Source: Methanobrevibacter sp. (lineage in GTDB: Archaea; Methanobacteriota; Methanobacteria; Methanobacteriales; Methanobacteriaceae). From it: DNA of 49,952 nt. The notes beneath the pieces are model-generated. The model was given only the letters and a program-made list of their open reading frames with translations, was not told the origin of the DNA and did no database searches. Shown one piece after another: positions 36,083 through 44,054 of this stretch. The translations under genes were made by a program, and so were the position numbers. Location of the stretch: assembly GCA_045638165.1 (NCBI GenBank), contig JAZUAV010000040.1, positions 1-49,952 on the forward strand. The letters are read 5' to 3'. How positions within the stretch are numbered: the stretch's first letter is position 1; each line of letters opens with the position of its first letter.

Positions 36083-36211
36083 ACAATCTCCCAATAAGAA
36101 TTTTTAATATTATATATTTATAGCATCATTATATATTAAAATTATTTATTTGATTTTCAAAAATTATATTAACACAGAATTATAACAATTATATTATTGG
36201 AGGGAAAAATA

Positions 36212-36952
36212 ATGACCATTACAAAAAAACATGTTTTTTCTTTACTAATCATTTTGATAATTGCGCTTGGAGCGATTTCAATAGCCAGTGCTTACACCGG
36301 AACCGGCTTTTCCCACAACATTTCAAGCTCCAAATATTCGGACATGTCAGCTTCAGACATTCTAAGCCAATATTCCGATACAAATTGCCATGTCGAAGAG
36401 AAGGCAGTATGCACCCAAGTCGTTGATGGAGATACTATTTATCTGGACAATGGTAAAAAAGTACGTTTTGTCGGAGTGAATACTCCTGAAAGGGGCGTTG
36501 AAGGATATATCGCATCCAAAAACTTTGTTCAAAAATTATGCCTGAACAAAGAAGTCGGACTTGACATTGACGATTCAAAACACAGCGACAAATACGGCAG
36601 GACATTGGCAGTAGTTATCGTTGACGGCAAAAACGTGAACGAAATGCTTTTAAAAGAAGGCCTTGCCGAAATCATGTACATGCCTCCGAGTGAATTCTAC
36701 CCATATGACTGGGCAAACAGCGACACACATGTTGCAGATACCCATAGCTCCTCATCAACTTCAAGCAGCAGCACTTCCAGTGACAGTTCATCAAGCTCCG
36801 GGAGCTATATCGGTAATGCAAACACAGGAAAATTCCATGTTTCAGGCTGCAGCAGCGTGAATAAAATGTCTGAAAAAAATAAGGTGTTCTTCTCAAGCAG
36901 AAATGATGCTATAAATCAAGGATATGTGCCTTGTAAAAATTGTAATCCTTAA
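36212..36952 (+). CDS. Secreted thermonuclease-family nuclease with Ser-rich linker and C-terminal Ada-like metal-binding domain
   Basis: Signal peptide; VVDGDT, VRFVGVNTPE, DKYGRTLA and NEMLLKEGLA; FHVSGC...GYVPCKNCNP. Confidence 0.88.
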   Translation: MTITKKHVFSLLIILIIALGAISIASAYTGTGFSHNISSSKYSDMSASDILSQYSDTNCHVEEKAVCTQVVDGDTIYLDNGKKVRFVGVNTPERGVEGYIASKNFVQKLCLNKEVGLDIDDSKHSDKYGRTLAVVIVDGKNVNEMLLKEGLAEIMYMPPSEFYPYDWANSDTHVADTHSSSSTSSSSTSSDSSSSSGSYIGNANTGKFHVSGCSSVNKMSEKNKVFFSSRNDAINQGYVPCKNCNP

Positions 36953-36961
36953 TTTTCTTTT

Positions 36962-37759
36962 TTAATTAATTCTTTTGTATTTAATATAATCCAATTCTCT
37001 TTCAAACTTATCCAATTCATCCTCTTTTTCGGCAATGTTTGAATATAACAATCCTAAAGAGTAATTGCCTATGCTTTCAAGTATCGGAATGACAATACCA
37101 AGATAAACTATAAACCCAACATACGGAATCGCCATCACCCATGATGAAACAAATGAAATGACAACCATCAATATTGCCATTGTTATCAACCATTTAATGA
37201 TATTGGCAACACCAATGTTTTTAATATCCTTAATCACTTCATGAACTTTTAAAGCTTCAGATAAGCTATCTAAATAAGCCAGTCTTGCCTTTGCGAAAAA
37301 CAAAAAAATTTCGAATAGGACATAAACAATCAGAACAATCAGCAAACCTATAATTATAGCCAGTAAAAAGCCATGTACCTTTAGATCATATAACATTTCA
37401 ATGCCGGACACTCCCAATGTGGCCCAAACAATGAAGAACACCACAGTAGGCACAATCATATATGCAATCCTTAGCAATAGTAACCTAATAGAATTATATA
37501 TGTTCTTTCCAAAACTTATTGAGGGAAACATGGAAGATTCATTCAATCCAAAACTTACAATAGACAATAAATAACGGGGCACAATTAGAATAAATAAGAA
37601 AAATGCAACTATTCCGAAAACCAAGACATACCTATTGTCAGATACCATGCCAATCGGAATAAGTGCAACCAAAATAAAGAGAACAAAAAGAATTGGCAAT
37701 TTCTTAATGTTTCTGAAAGGATATTTGAATGAATTTGATACTATTTTGCTGATATTCAT
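36962..37759 (-). CDS. Membrane protein (DUF4013-like)
   Basis: SNSFKYPF N-terminus, about 6 TM helices, ARLA..DSL.EAL motif. Confidence 0.7.
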   Translation of the reverse strand: MNISKIVSNSFKYPFRNIKKLPILFVLFILVALIPIGMVSDNRYVLVFGIVAFFLFILIVPRYLLSIVSFGLNESSMFPSISFGKNIYNSIRLLLLRIAYMIVPTVVFFIVWATLGVSGIEMLYDLKVHGFLLAIIIGLLIVLIVYVLFEIFLFFAKARLAYLDSLSEALKVHEVIKDIKNIGVANIIKWLITMAILMVVISFVSSWVMAIPYVGFIVYLGIVIPILESIGNYSLGLLYSNIAEKEDELDKFERELDYIKYKRIN

Positions 37760-37866
37760 AAAACCACCTATAACCTATTTCTCCAAATCCAATCTTTTGA
37801 GATTTTTCCAGATGACCTCTATAATACTCATCCATGGAATTTAGCACTACAAATGAATTGCAAGCA

Positions 37867-38841
37867 TCATCTGAAAATGAAAACTGGATTTTTCTCTTGA
37901 TTAAATACCTCTGCCTGTTTGCCTTTGTAATTCAGTAAAAGTGAATTGGAATCGTTTACTTCACCTACAACTGCCGCTTCAATTGAAAATCTTGAAAGAT
38001 ACTCTTTAATGTAATCACAAGAATCTTCATTAGCCGTAAAAACAAATCCTGAACCAGGATATGATCTAAGCCAATCAACCCATTCAACACTTTCATTTCT
38101 TGGAATATCCTCCAAATTGACAACTGCACCTTTTTTGGAAGTTTCTAAAAGCATTTCCAAAGTTCCTAAAATACCTGGATTTGAAATGTCCTTTCCAGAT
38201 TTAATGTAATCCATTTCAGCCAAATGCTGAACGGCAGTAATCTGGTCTTGTACAAGTTGGGCATCCTTATCATAAGTCGTATCCCAGTTTAAGCTAAACA
38301 TTTCGTGAGGCTTGCCGTCAAGGTCAATTGCAACAATTACCTTGTCACCCGCTTCAGCACCAAAACTGGTAATTATTTTATCCTTTTGTGCAATGCCCAC
38401 GATTGCCACACCCAAAGAGTCAACCTCACCGTCAGGGTGCAGGTGCCCTCCAACCATAGGAACTCCAAATTTCAGGCAGCCATCCTTGATGCCGTTTAAC
38501 AAATCTTCATAAATCCCATCATTGCTTATTGACATTATGTTTACCATCGCAAGGGGTTTTCCACCCATTGCAGCAATATCATTTACATTGACAAGCACGG
38601 AACAGTATCCTGCCCAGTAAGGATTGACATTCATTATGTCTCCCCAAATCCCATCGGCAGCAATTAACATTACCTGATTGTTTCCTATGTCAATAGCTGA
38701 AGCATCATCACCAATATCAATAACAACATCACCCGAAACATTGTATGCTTCATTTAAAAGAGAAATTACATTATCGATTGAGCTTTTACGTGATACTCCT
38801 TTAAATTCTTGAATAGACTTAACAAGATTTTTAAAATCCAA
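37867..38841 (-). CDS. Methanogenesis marker protein 2 (AIR synthase-related family)
   Basis: [37 protein letters not shown] and KDISNPG. Confidence 0.9.
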   Translation of the reverse strand: MDFKNLVKSIQEFKGVSRKSSIDNVISLLNEAYNVSGDVVIDIGDDASAIDIGNNQVMLIAADGIWGDIMNVNPYWAGYCSVLVNVNDIAAMGGKPLAMVNIMSISNDGIYEDLLNGIKDGCLKFGVPMVGGHLHPDGEVDSLGVAIVGIAQKDKIITSFGAEAGDKVIVAIDLDGKPHEMFSLNWDTTYDKDAQLVQDQITAVQHLAEMDYIKSGKDISNPGILGTLEMLLETSKKGAVVNLEDIPRNESVEWVDWLRSYPGSGFVFTANEDSCDYIKEYLSRFSIEAAVVGEVNDSNSLLLNYKGKQAEVFNQEKNPVFIFR

Positions 38842-38857
38842 GGTTACACTTCCTAAT

Positions 38858-39979
38858 TTAATTAATATAATTAATTTTGTATTTGCAATTAATATCTTTT
38901 ATTATTTCAACAATCTTCTCTTCAACTTGAGCGATATTTGAAAAATTATCATTAATCAGATTATCGATGAACAATTTCTTTTTAATAGCTTGACCGCAGA
39001 CATCATCAAAACCGCTTTCGACTTCAAAGATGATAGAATTTTGAGCCTTAAATCCATCTTCCACAACCTTGTCCAAATCCCCATCAGTAATTCCAACTAT
39101 AGGTATATCAAATCTATAAAGAATGTCAGAAGATATCAATGTTGTATCATCCCCAATTGTTATGACGACATCACACTTCCTGAATTTATAAACATCTTCT
39201 CCTGCATGATCAAGAAAAGCAACCTTAAAATCATTATTCTCAGTTTTTTCTAAAACACGTGGAGTGACCTTAGCTTTCCTTAAAAGTCCTGTCTTAATAA
39301 TGGCCGTCTCCAAGTTCACTTCGCCTAACTTTTCAAGACCATGACTTTTTAAAGTTCCACCAATTATGTCAACAATATGATTGTCCTTTGCAATTAATGT
39401 GAGTTTATCCGAATCAGTTTTACCGATTACCACACTATTGACCATTATATTTTCACCAGGACTTACTCCATGAACAATTCTATGCGTATGATTATCAGGA
39501 ACATTATCCTGTTTGATATGATTGCTGTAAACATCCTCAGGACTTACAATGTCAAGATTTAATTCTTGAGATAGCTCCTTTGCCAAGTCCAAGTCATTGT
39601 TCCAACAGATAATGCTTCCATCATCTTCACCAGGTCTTTCAATCTGTATGACTGAAATGTCATTATCTTCAATTTTATCTACATAATGATTATAAACCTT
39701 ATATCCGAAAACCTGACCTGTAACATTGGATTTTCCATAATTGAGTAAAAAGATTACATCAACATCATCATCATGAAACATTTTCAAAGAATCGCTTGGA
39801 ACCAGTTTTTTTCTGATATCTATTATATTTTCCAAACTTGCATCAATAACGGCAGTTCTACCCATTGTTCCGCCAAGTCTGGCTGAAACTTCACCATACT
39901 GGGAAAGCAAGTTTATCAATTTTAGTGCATACCCCGAATCGATTATATTTGGACCATGAACGACTACACCGATTCTCAT
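38858..39979 (-). CDS. Conserved methanogen protein (DUF2117-like)
   Basis: IGVVVHGP.IIDSG, LGGTMGRTAVIDA, TIGDDTT and GITDGD. Confidence 0.8.
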   Translation of the reverse strand: MRIGVVVHGPNIIDSGYALKLINLLSQYGEVSARLGGTMGRTAVIDASLENIIDIRKKLVPSDSLKMFHDDDVDVIFLLNYGKSNVTGQVFGYKVYNHYVDKIEDNDISVIQIERPGEDDGSIICWNNDLDLAKELSQELNLDIVSPEDVYSNHIKQDNVPDNHTHRIVHGVSPGENIMVNSVVIGKTDSDKLTLIAKDNHIVDIIGGTLKSHGLEKLGEVNLETAIIKTGLLRKAKVTPRVLEKTENNDFKVAFLDHAGEDVYKFRKCDVVITIGDDTTLISSDILYRFDIPIVGITDGDLDKVVEDGFKAQNSIIFEVESGFDDVCGQAIKKKLFIDNLINDNFSNIAQVEEKIVEIIKDINCKYKINYIN

Positions 39980-40482
39980 TTGTCCACCCTAATTCTTTTT
40001 TTAAATATTTTAGAACCGCAAATCTCACAGTCATCAAATGGATAATCATCATCATACTCCTTTTTGCATCCTTCACAAACTTTTTTCCAATTATAAACAC
40101 CTTTAATGCCCTCAGTTATGATGCCTGAGTATGGAATTTCCATTATCCTTAAAGTATTTTGAATTGTATAGTCATCACTAATCACCTTAACATCCTTTTC
40201 CTGCTTGTGAAACATGTACGCCAGCGAGATTAATTTTTTATCAGGAATCGATAACCTTAAAACATCACCTGACTCAGAAATGATTTCTTCAACTGCGTCA
40301 ATATATTCTTGGGCAACATCCAGAATAATTAACCTATTTTCCTCAATTGCAGTATCAAACTTTAAGCGTGACTCAAAATCCTTAATTTCTAAAGTTATTT
40401 CAGGAACTGTAAAGTTGTTTTTTGTTTCCAATTGAAAACCATTGATGAATGCAGATGCATCCAACACATAAAAAATTTCCAT
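39976..40482 (-). CDS. nob1: Nob1-like PIN-domain endoribonuclease with zinc ribbon
   Basis: VLDASAFI, LS.PD and SDDYTIQN PIN motifs; CEGC...CEICGS. Confidence 0.85.
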   Translation of the reverse strand: MEIFYVLDASAFINGFQLETKNNFTVPEITLEIKDFESRLKFDTAIEENRLIILDVAQEYIDAVEEIISESGDVLRLSIPDKKLISLAYMFHKQEKDVKVISDDYTIQNTLRIMEIPYSGIITEGIKGVYNWKKVCEGCKKEYDDDYPFDDCEICGSKIFKKRIRVDK

Positions 40483-40620
40483 GAATATAGTATTTTTTTA
40501 AAAATTTATAAAAGTTAGTAATTACAAAAAGGTATATGTAAGATATGTTAATTATGTACTTAAATTGTGCGGACATAACCGTGAATATCTTAACATGAAC
40601 AAAAATATTTCAGAAAGTTG

Positions 40621-40664
40621 AAATTGGATGAAAATTGGGAATAAATTGGATGAAAATTGGATGG
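40621..40664. repeat. Four tandem 11-bp direct repeats (consensus AAATTGGATGA)
   Basis: aaattggatga / aaattgggaat / aaattggatga / aaattggatgg, plus degenerate flanking copies. Confidence 0.8.
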
Positions 40665-40773
40665 AATATTGAAAAATATATTTAACATTTAATTTTTAAA
40701 CCAATTATTGCAAATCGCTTCATGAAAACATCTTCAAAGAATTTTTTCATGAATTAACAAAAAGGAGGCAAAA

Positions 40774-41562
40774 TTGATGATTGATCATTACACACTGAAT
40801 AATGACATAACATTCCTTGCAAAATCAGAAATCCGATTAAAAATTCTAAGTGAATTGCAAAAGAAACCCCAATCTATCCAAGAACTCGTAAAAACTACAA
40901 ATATCACATATAGCTCCATATCAAGCAATCTAGCAAAACTTGAAGAACACAACCACATAACTAAAAAGAAAAATAAATTTCATTTAAATCCATTGAGCGA
41001 AATCTATTATAAAAATTTGATGGATTTCAAAGTGAGTATAGATTTAATCACTGATTTAAATGATTTTTGGGATAGCCATAACATCAATCAATTAAGTACT
41101 GATTCCGTGCAAAATATTATTGATTTAAAAGACTCTACACTAGTGGAAACAACACCTCTTGACATATATAAAACCCATAACACCACTAAGGAGAACATTA
41201 TTAAATCTAAAAATATTAAAGCGATATTTCCATATCTTCACCCAGAATATCCTCAATTAATTGAGAATATATTGAAAAAACAAGGAAACGTTGAACTTAT
41301 TATCCCAAGGGACATGTTTCGCGAAATAGTATTTAGAATTAATGATGGCGTGAGAAAAGAAGCTGCAAAAAATGGGAAATTAAAAGTCTATACCACAAAG
41401 AATGATTTAAAATTGTATTTGACCTTATGTGACAATACAATGAGCTTAGGATTATTCAAAAGTGATGGTAGCTTCGATCAGAACAGACTTTTAATATCCG
41501 AAAGTGAAAAATCACAATTTTGGGCAGAAAACTTATTTGAAACCATAAAACAAGAGGTTTGA
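40774..41562 (+). CDS. Winged-helix transcription regulator with C-terminal methanogen domain (DUF1724/FilR1-like)
   Basis: SEIRLKIL..L N-terminal wHTH; FW..H; SLGLFK.DGSFDQ...WA..LF. Confidence 0.75.
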   Translation: MMIDHYTLNNDITFLAKSEIRLKILSELQKKPQSIQELVKTTNITYSSISSNLAKLEEHNHITKKKNKFHLNPLSEIYYKNLMDFKVSIDLITDLNDFWDSHNINQLSTDSVQNIIDLKDSTLVETTPLDIYKTHNTTKENIIKSKNIKAIFPYLHPEYPQLIENILKKQGNVELIIPRDMFREIVFRINDGVRKEAAKNGKLKVYTTKNDLKLYLTLCDNTMSLGLFKSDGSFDQNRLLISESEKSQFWAENLFETIKQEV

Positions 41563-42374
41563 TTGAAATGACAAACTTACAGACTAAAAAGGAACTCAAC
41601 AAAGAGTTTAAAAATATAAAATACATTCTCACATCAACTATGCGCACTAAATTAATTCTAACAATGTATGAAAGCTCAAAAAATCTAGAAGAATTAAGAA
41701 TTAAACTAGAAAAGCCATCAGCAACAATATTGCATGGACTCAAAGAGTTAGAAGCTATAAATCTAGTAAGAAAAGTTCAAAAACAATACCAATTAACATC
41801 AAACGGATTCATATTAGCGACAAACATGGTTAAACTAATCGAAAACTGGACTTCTTTAAATAACAACTCCACTTTTTGGAATAACCATAACCTTGAAGAT
41901 ATCCCAGAAGATTCACTGAAAAACATGCATCTTCTAAAAGACGTCACATACATAAAATCAACTACAAGCGACTTATCAAATGCATTCAACAAATACATTA
42001 AATTAATTTCAGAATCAGAAGAACTAATGATAATCATGCCAATATACTCAGAAAATCATTTCAAACATATTACTGAGCTTTTAAATAAAAATAAACTAAG
42101 ATACTTGGAATTAATCATCAGCGAGGACATATTGAATTCTATAAAGTCAAATAAGTCCTTCGAAAAATCATTGCTGAAAAATAAAAAAGTTAAAATAATT
42201 TGCATTCAAAAGAACTTAAAATTATTTTTGACATGTTCACCTGACTTTATGTCACTGACATTATTTTTCAAAGATGGACACTATGATGACTCTCAGATAT
42301 TAATTGGGGAATCAGATAATGCCCGAAAATGGGCCATTAACATATTCAACTTTTATAAAAATAGTAACCGATAA
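41559..42374 (+). CDS. Winged-helix transcription regulator, tandem paralog (DUF1724/FilR1-like)
   Basis: STMRTKLIL, SATILHGLKELE, FWNNH..EDIP and SLTLFFKDGHYD...WA. Confidence 0.75.
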   Translation: MIEMTNLQTKKELNKEFKNIKYILTSTMRTKLILTMYESSKNLEELRIKLEKPSATILHGLKELEAINLVRKVQKQYQLTSNGFILATNMVKLIENWTSLNNNSTFWNNHNLEDIPEDSLKNMHLLKDVTYIKSTTSDLSNAFNKYIKLISESEELMIIMPIYSENHFKHITELLNKNKLRYLELIISEDILNSIKSNKSFEKSLLKNKKVKIICIQKNLKLFLTCSPDFMSLTLFFKDGHYDDSQILIGESDNARKWAINIFNFYKNSNR

Positions 42375-42376
42375 TT

Positions 42377-42688
42377 ATGAAGTTTATAGAAATTAAATAT
42401 AGGAATGATGAATTGACAAGATTGCTATTAGGAAGAAAAGGTGGAAAAACAACAATAAGAATTATTGATCAAATTTTGACACACCCATACAACATGAATC
42501 AGTTGTCTGAAATTTTGAAATTAGATTACAATACTGTAAAGTATCATATGAAGCTGATTTTAAAATTAGACCTTGTTGAAAGTGATGGGAGTAATTATGG
42601 AAGTCTTTACTTCCCTTCCAAAAAATTGATAAATAATTTAAATGAATATGAACAAATTAAAAACCACCTAAATAATTCTAAAAAGTGA
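42377..42688 (+). CDS. ArsR-like winged helix-turn-helix protein
   Basis: GRKGG...IID..L..PYN.NQLS..L.LDYNTVKYH..L...YG.LY. Confidence 0.8.
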   Translation: MKFIEIKYRNDELTRLLLGRKGGKTTIRIIDQILTHPYNMNQLSEILKLDYNTVKYHMKLILKLDLVESDGSNYGSLYFPSKKLINNLNEYEQIKNHLNNSKK

Positions 42689-42694
42689 TAAAGA

Positions 42695-43201
42695 ATGAAA
42701 AGTCAAACAGCTGAAGAACATCAAAAAGAATCATCTAAAGACATATCATGTGGAATAATTACCCTCAGTGACAGTAGAAAATCAAAAAAAGCGGATTTAT
42801 CAGGCCAATATATGGCTGAAGAAATCGAAGCTCGATATACATTAAAATCAAGAAAACTAATACCTGATGAAAAAGATGACCTTCTTGATGCCATCGAAGA
42901 AATGGTATCTGAAAACATAGATGTTATTTTATCAACAGGCGGAACCGGTTTAGATACCAGAGACATTACTGTTGAAACAGTTGAAGAACTTTTCGATAAA
43001 AAATTAGACGGTTTTGGCGAAATATTCAGAGCCAAATCCTATGAAGAAATAGGATCTGCAGCATTACTATCTAGAGCCACCGCAGGAATATATAAAAAAA
43101 CAGTTATATTTTCAATGCCAGGTTCACCAAATGCTGTTAAAACCGCATTTAGCATTATCATTGAAGAATTACCGCATTTTGTTCATCATGTGAAAAAATA
43201 A
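42695..43201 (+). CDS. moaB: Molybdopterin adenylyltransferase, MoaB/MogA family
   Basis: ITLSDS, D.SG, STGGTG..RD.T.E, GFGEIFR, SRATAG and PGSPNA. Confidence 0.9.
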   Translation: MKSQTAEEHQKESSKDISCGIITLSDSRKSKKADLSGQYMAEEIEARYTLKSRKLIPDEKDDLLDAIEEMVSENIDVILSTGGTGLDTRDITVETVEELFDKKLDGFGEIFRAKSYEEIGSAALLSRATAGIYKKTVIFSMPGSPNAVKTAFSIIIEELPHFVHHVKK

Positions 43202-43208
43202 ATTTTTA

Positions 43209-43234
43209 AATGATGAAATTAATTTTTCATCATT
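43209..43234. terminator. Bidirectional hairpin between the convergent moaB and pyrE genes
   Basis: AATGATGAAA-N6-TTTCATCATT followed by T-tracts. Confidence 0.55.
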
Positions 43235-43250
43235 ATTTTTCATTTTTTAA

Positions 43251-43775
43251 TTAAAAAAATTCATCAACACTTATCAAAGGTTCTAAAGTTATACCTTCTT
43301 TTTCAAACTCTTCAACAGCTCCTTCTTGCCTATCTACAACAACAAAGGCTCTTTTTACATTACCTCCATTATCTTGAATAGCTTTAATGGCTTTTAAAAG
43401 TGATCCACCAGTAGTTGATACGTCCTCAACAACAATGACATCATCGCCTTCTAAAAGTTCGCCTTCAATGAGTTTAGAAGTACCATAACCCTTCTTCTCT
43501 TTACGAATCATTAATAATGGAAGTTTTGATTCAAGAGAAACAGCAGTAGCTATTGGAACTGCACCTAAAGCCGGGCCTGCAACTTTATCAATTTCATCCT
43601 CTTTAATTTTATCAGTGATTAATTTAGAAATTGTGGACAATATTTCAGGCTCGGTAATGGCTTTTTTCATGTTGATATAATAATTACTTTTTTTACCAGA
43701 TGATAAGGTGAAGTCTCCTTCAAGGAATACTTCATTTTCCTTTAACAAATCAATTAAATATTCTTTTGAAACCAT
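43251..43775 (-). CDS. pyrE: Orotate phosphoribosyltransferase
   Basis: [31 protein letters not shown] (PRPP-binding) and VVDRQEG. Confidence 0.93.
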   Translation of the reverse strand: MVSKEYLIDLLKENEVFLEGDFTLSSGKKSNYYINMKKAITEPEILSTISKLITDKIKEDEIDKVAGPALGAVPIATAVSLESKLPLLMIRKEKKGYGTSKLIEGELLEGDDVIVVEDVSTTGGSLLKAIKAIQDNGGNVKRAFVVVDRQEGAVEEFEKEGITLEPLISVDEFF

Positions 43776-43784
43776 ACTAATCAA

Positions 43785-44015
43785 TTAAATATCATCATCA
43801 CTTTTAAGTAAAACTTTGTCCCCAATCACTTTTACAAGCTCCATAGGGATTACATTTTCACTGGCTTTAATTTGTTCTGAAAATCCAGTTTTTTTAATGA
43901 CTATATCAGTGAGTTCAAAAGTTTCCTTATCAAATATTACATCGTGAATTTTACCAACGATTTGAATATCTGCATCGAGAACTTCTTTGCCAATCAATTC
44001 ATCTTTAATTCTCAT
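43785..44015 (-). CDS. PRC-barrel domain protein
   Basis: ELIGKEVLD....VGKI.DV..D...IP...VK.IGDKVLL. Confidence 0.85.
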   Translation of the reverse strand: MRIKDELIGKEVLDADIQIVGKIHDVIFDKETFELTDIVIKKTGFSEQIKASENVIPMELVKVIGDKVLLKSDDDI

Positions 44016-44054
44016 TTATATCACCCAATATATTTTAATATCATATTAGTCATT

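Noticed and set aside
37760..37866. Coding-like intergenic stretch (MDEYYRGHLEKSQKIGFGEIGYR) after marker 2
   Set aside because: Too short, has no RBS and overlaps the next gene; it might be a gene remnant but cannot be supported without a search.
40621..40664. Tandem repeats considered as a CRISPR array or replication iterons
   Set aside because: Units are 11 bp with no spacers, and there is no cas, cdc6 or rep gene nearby; kept only as a candidate operator.
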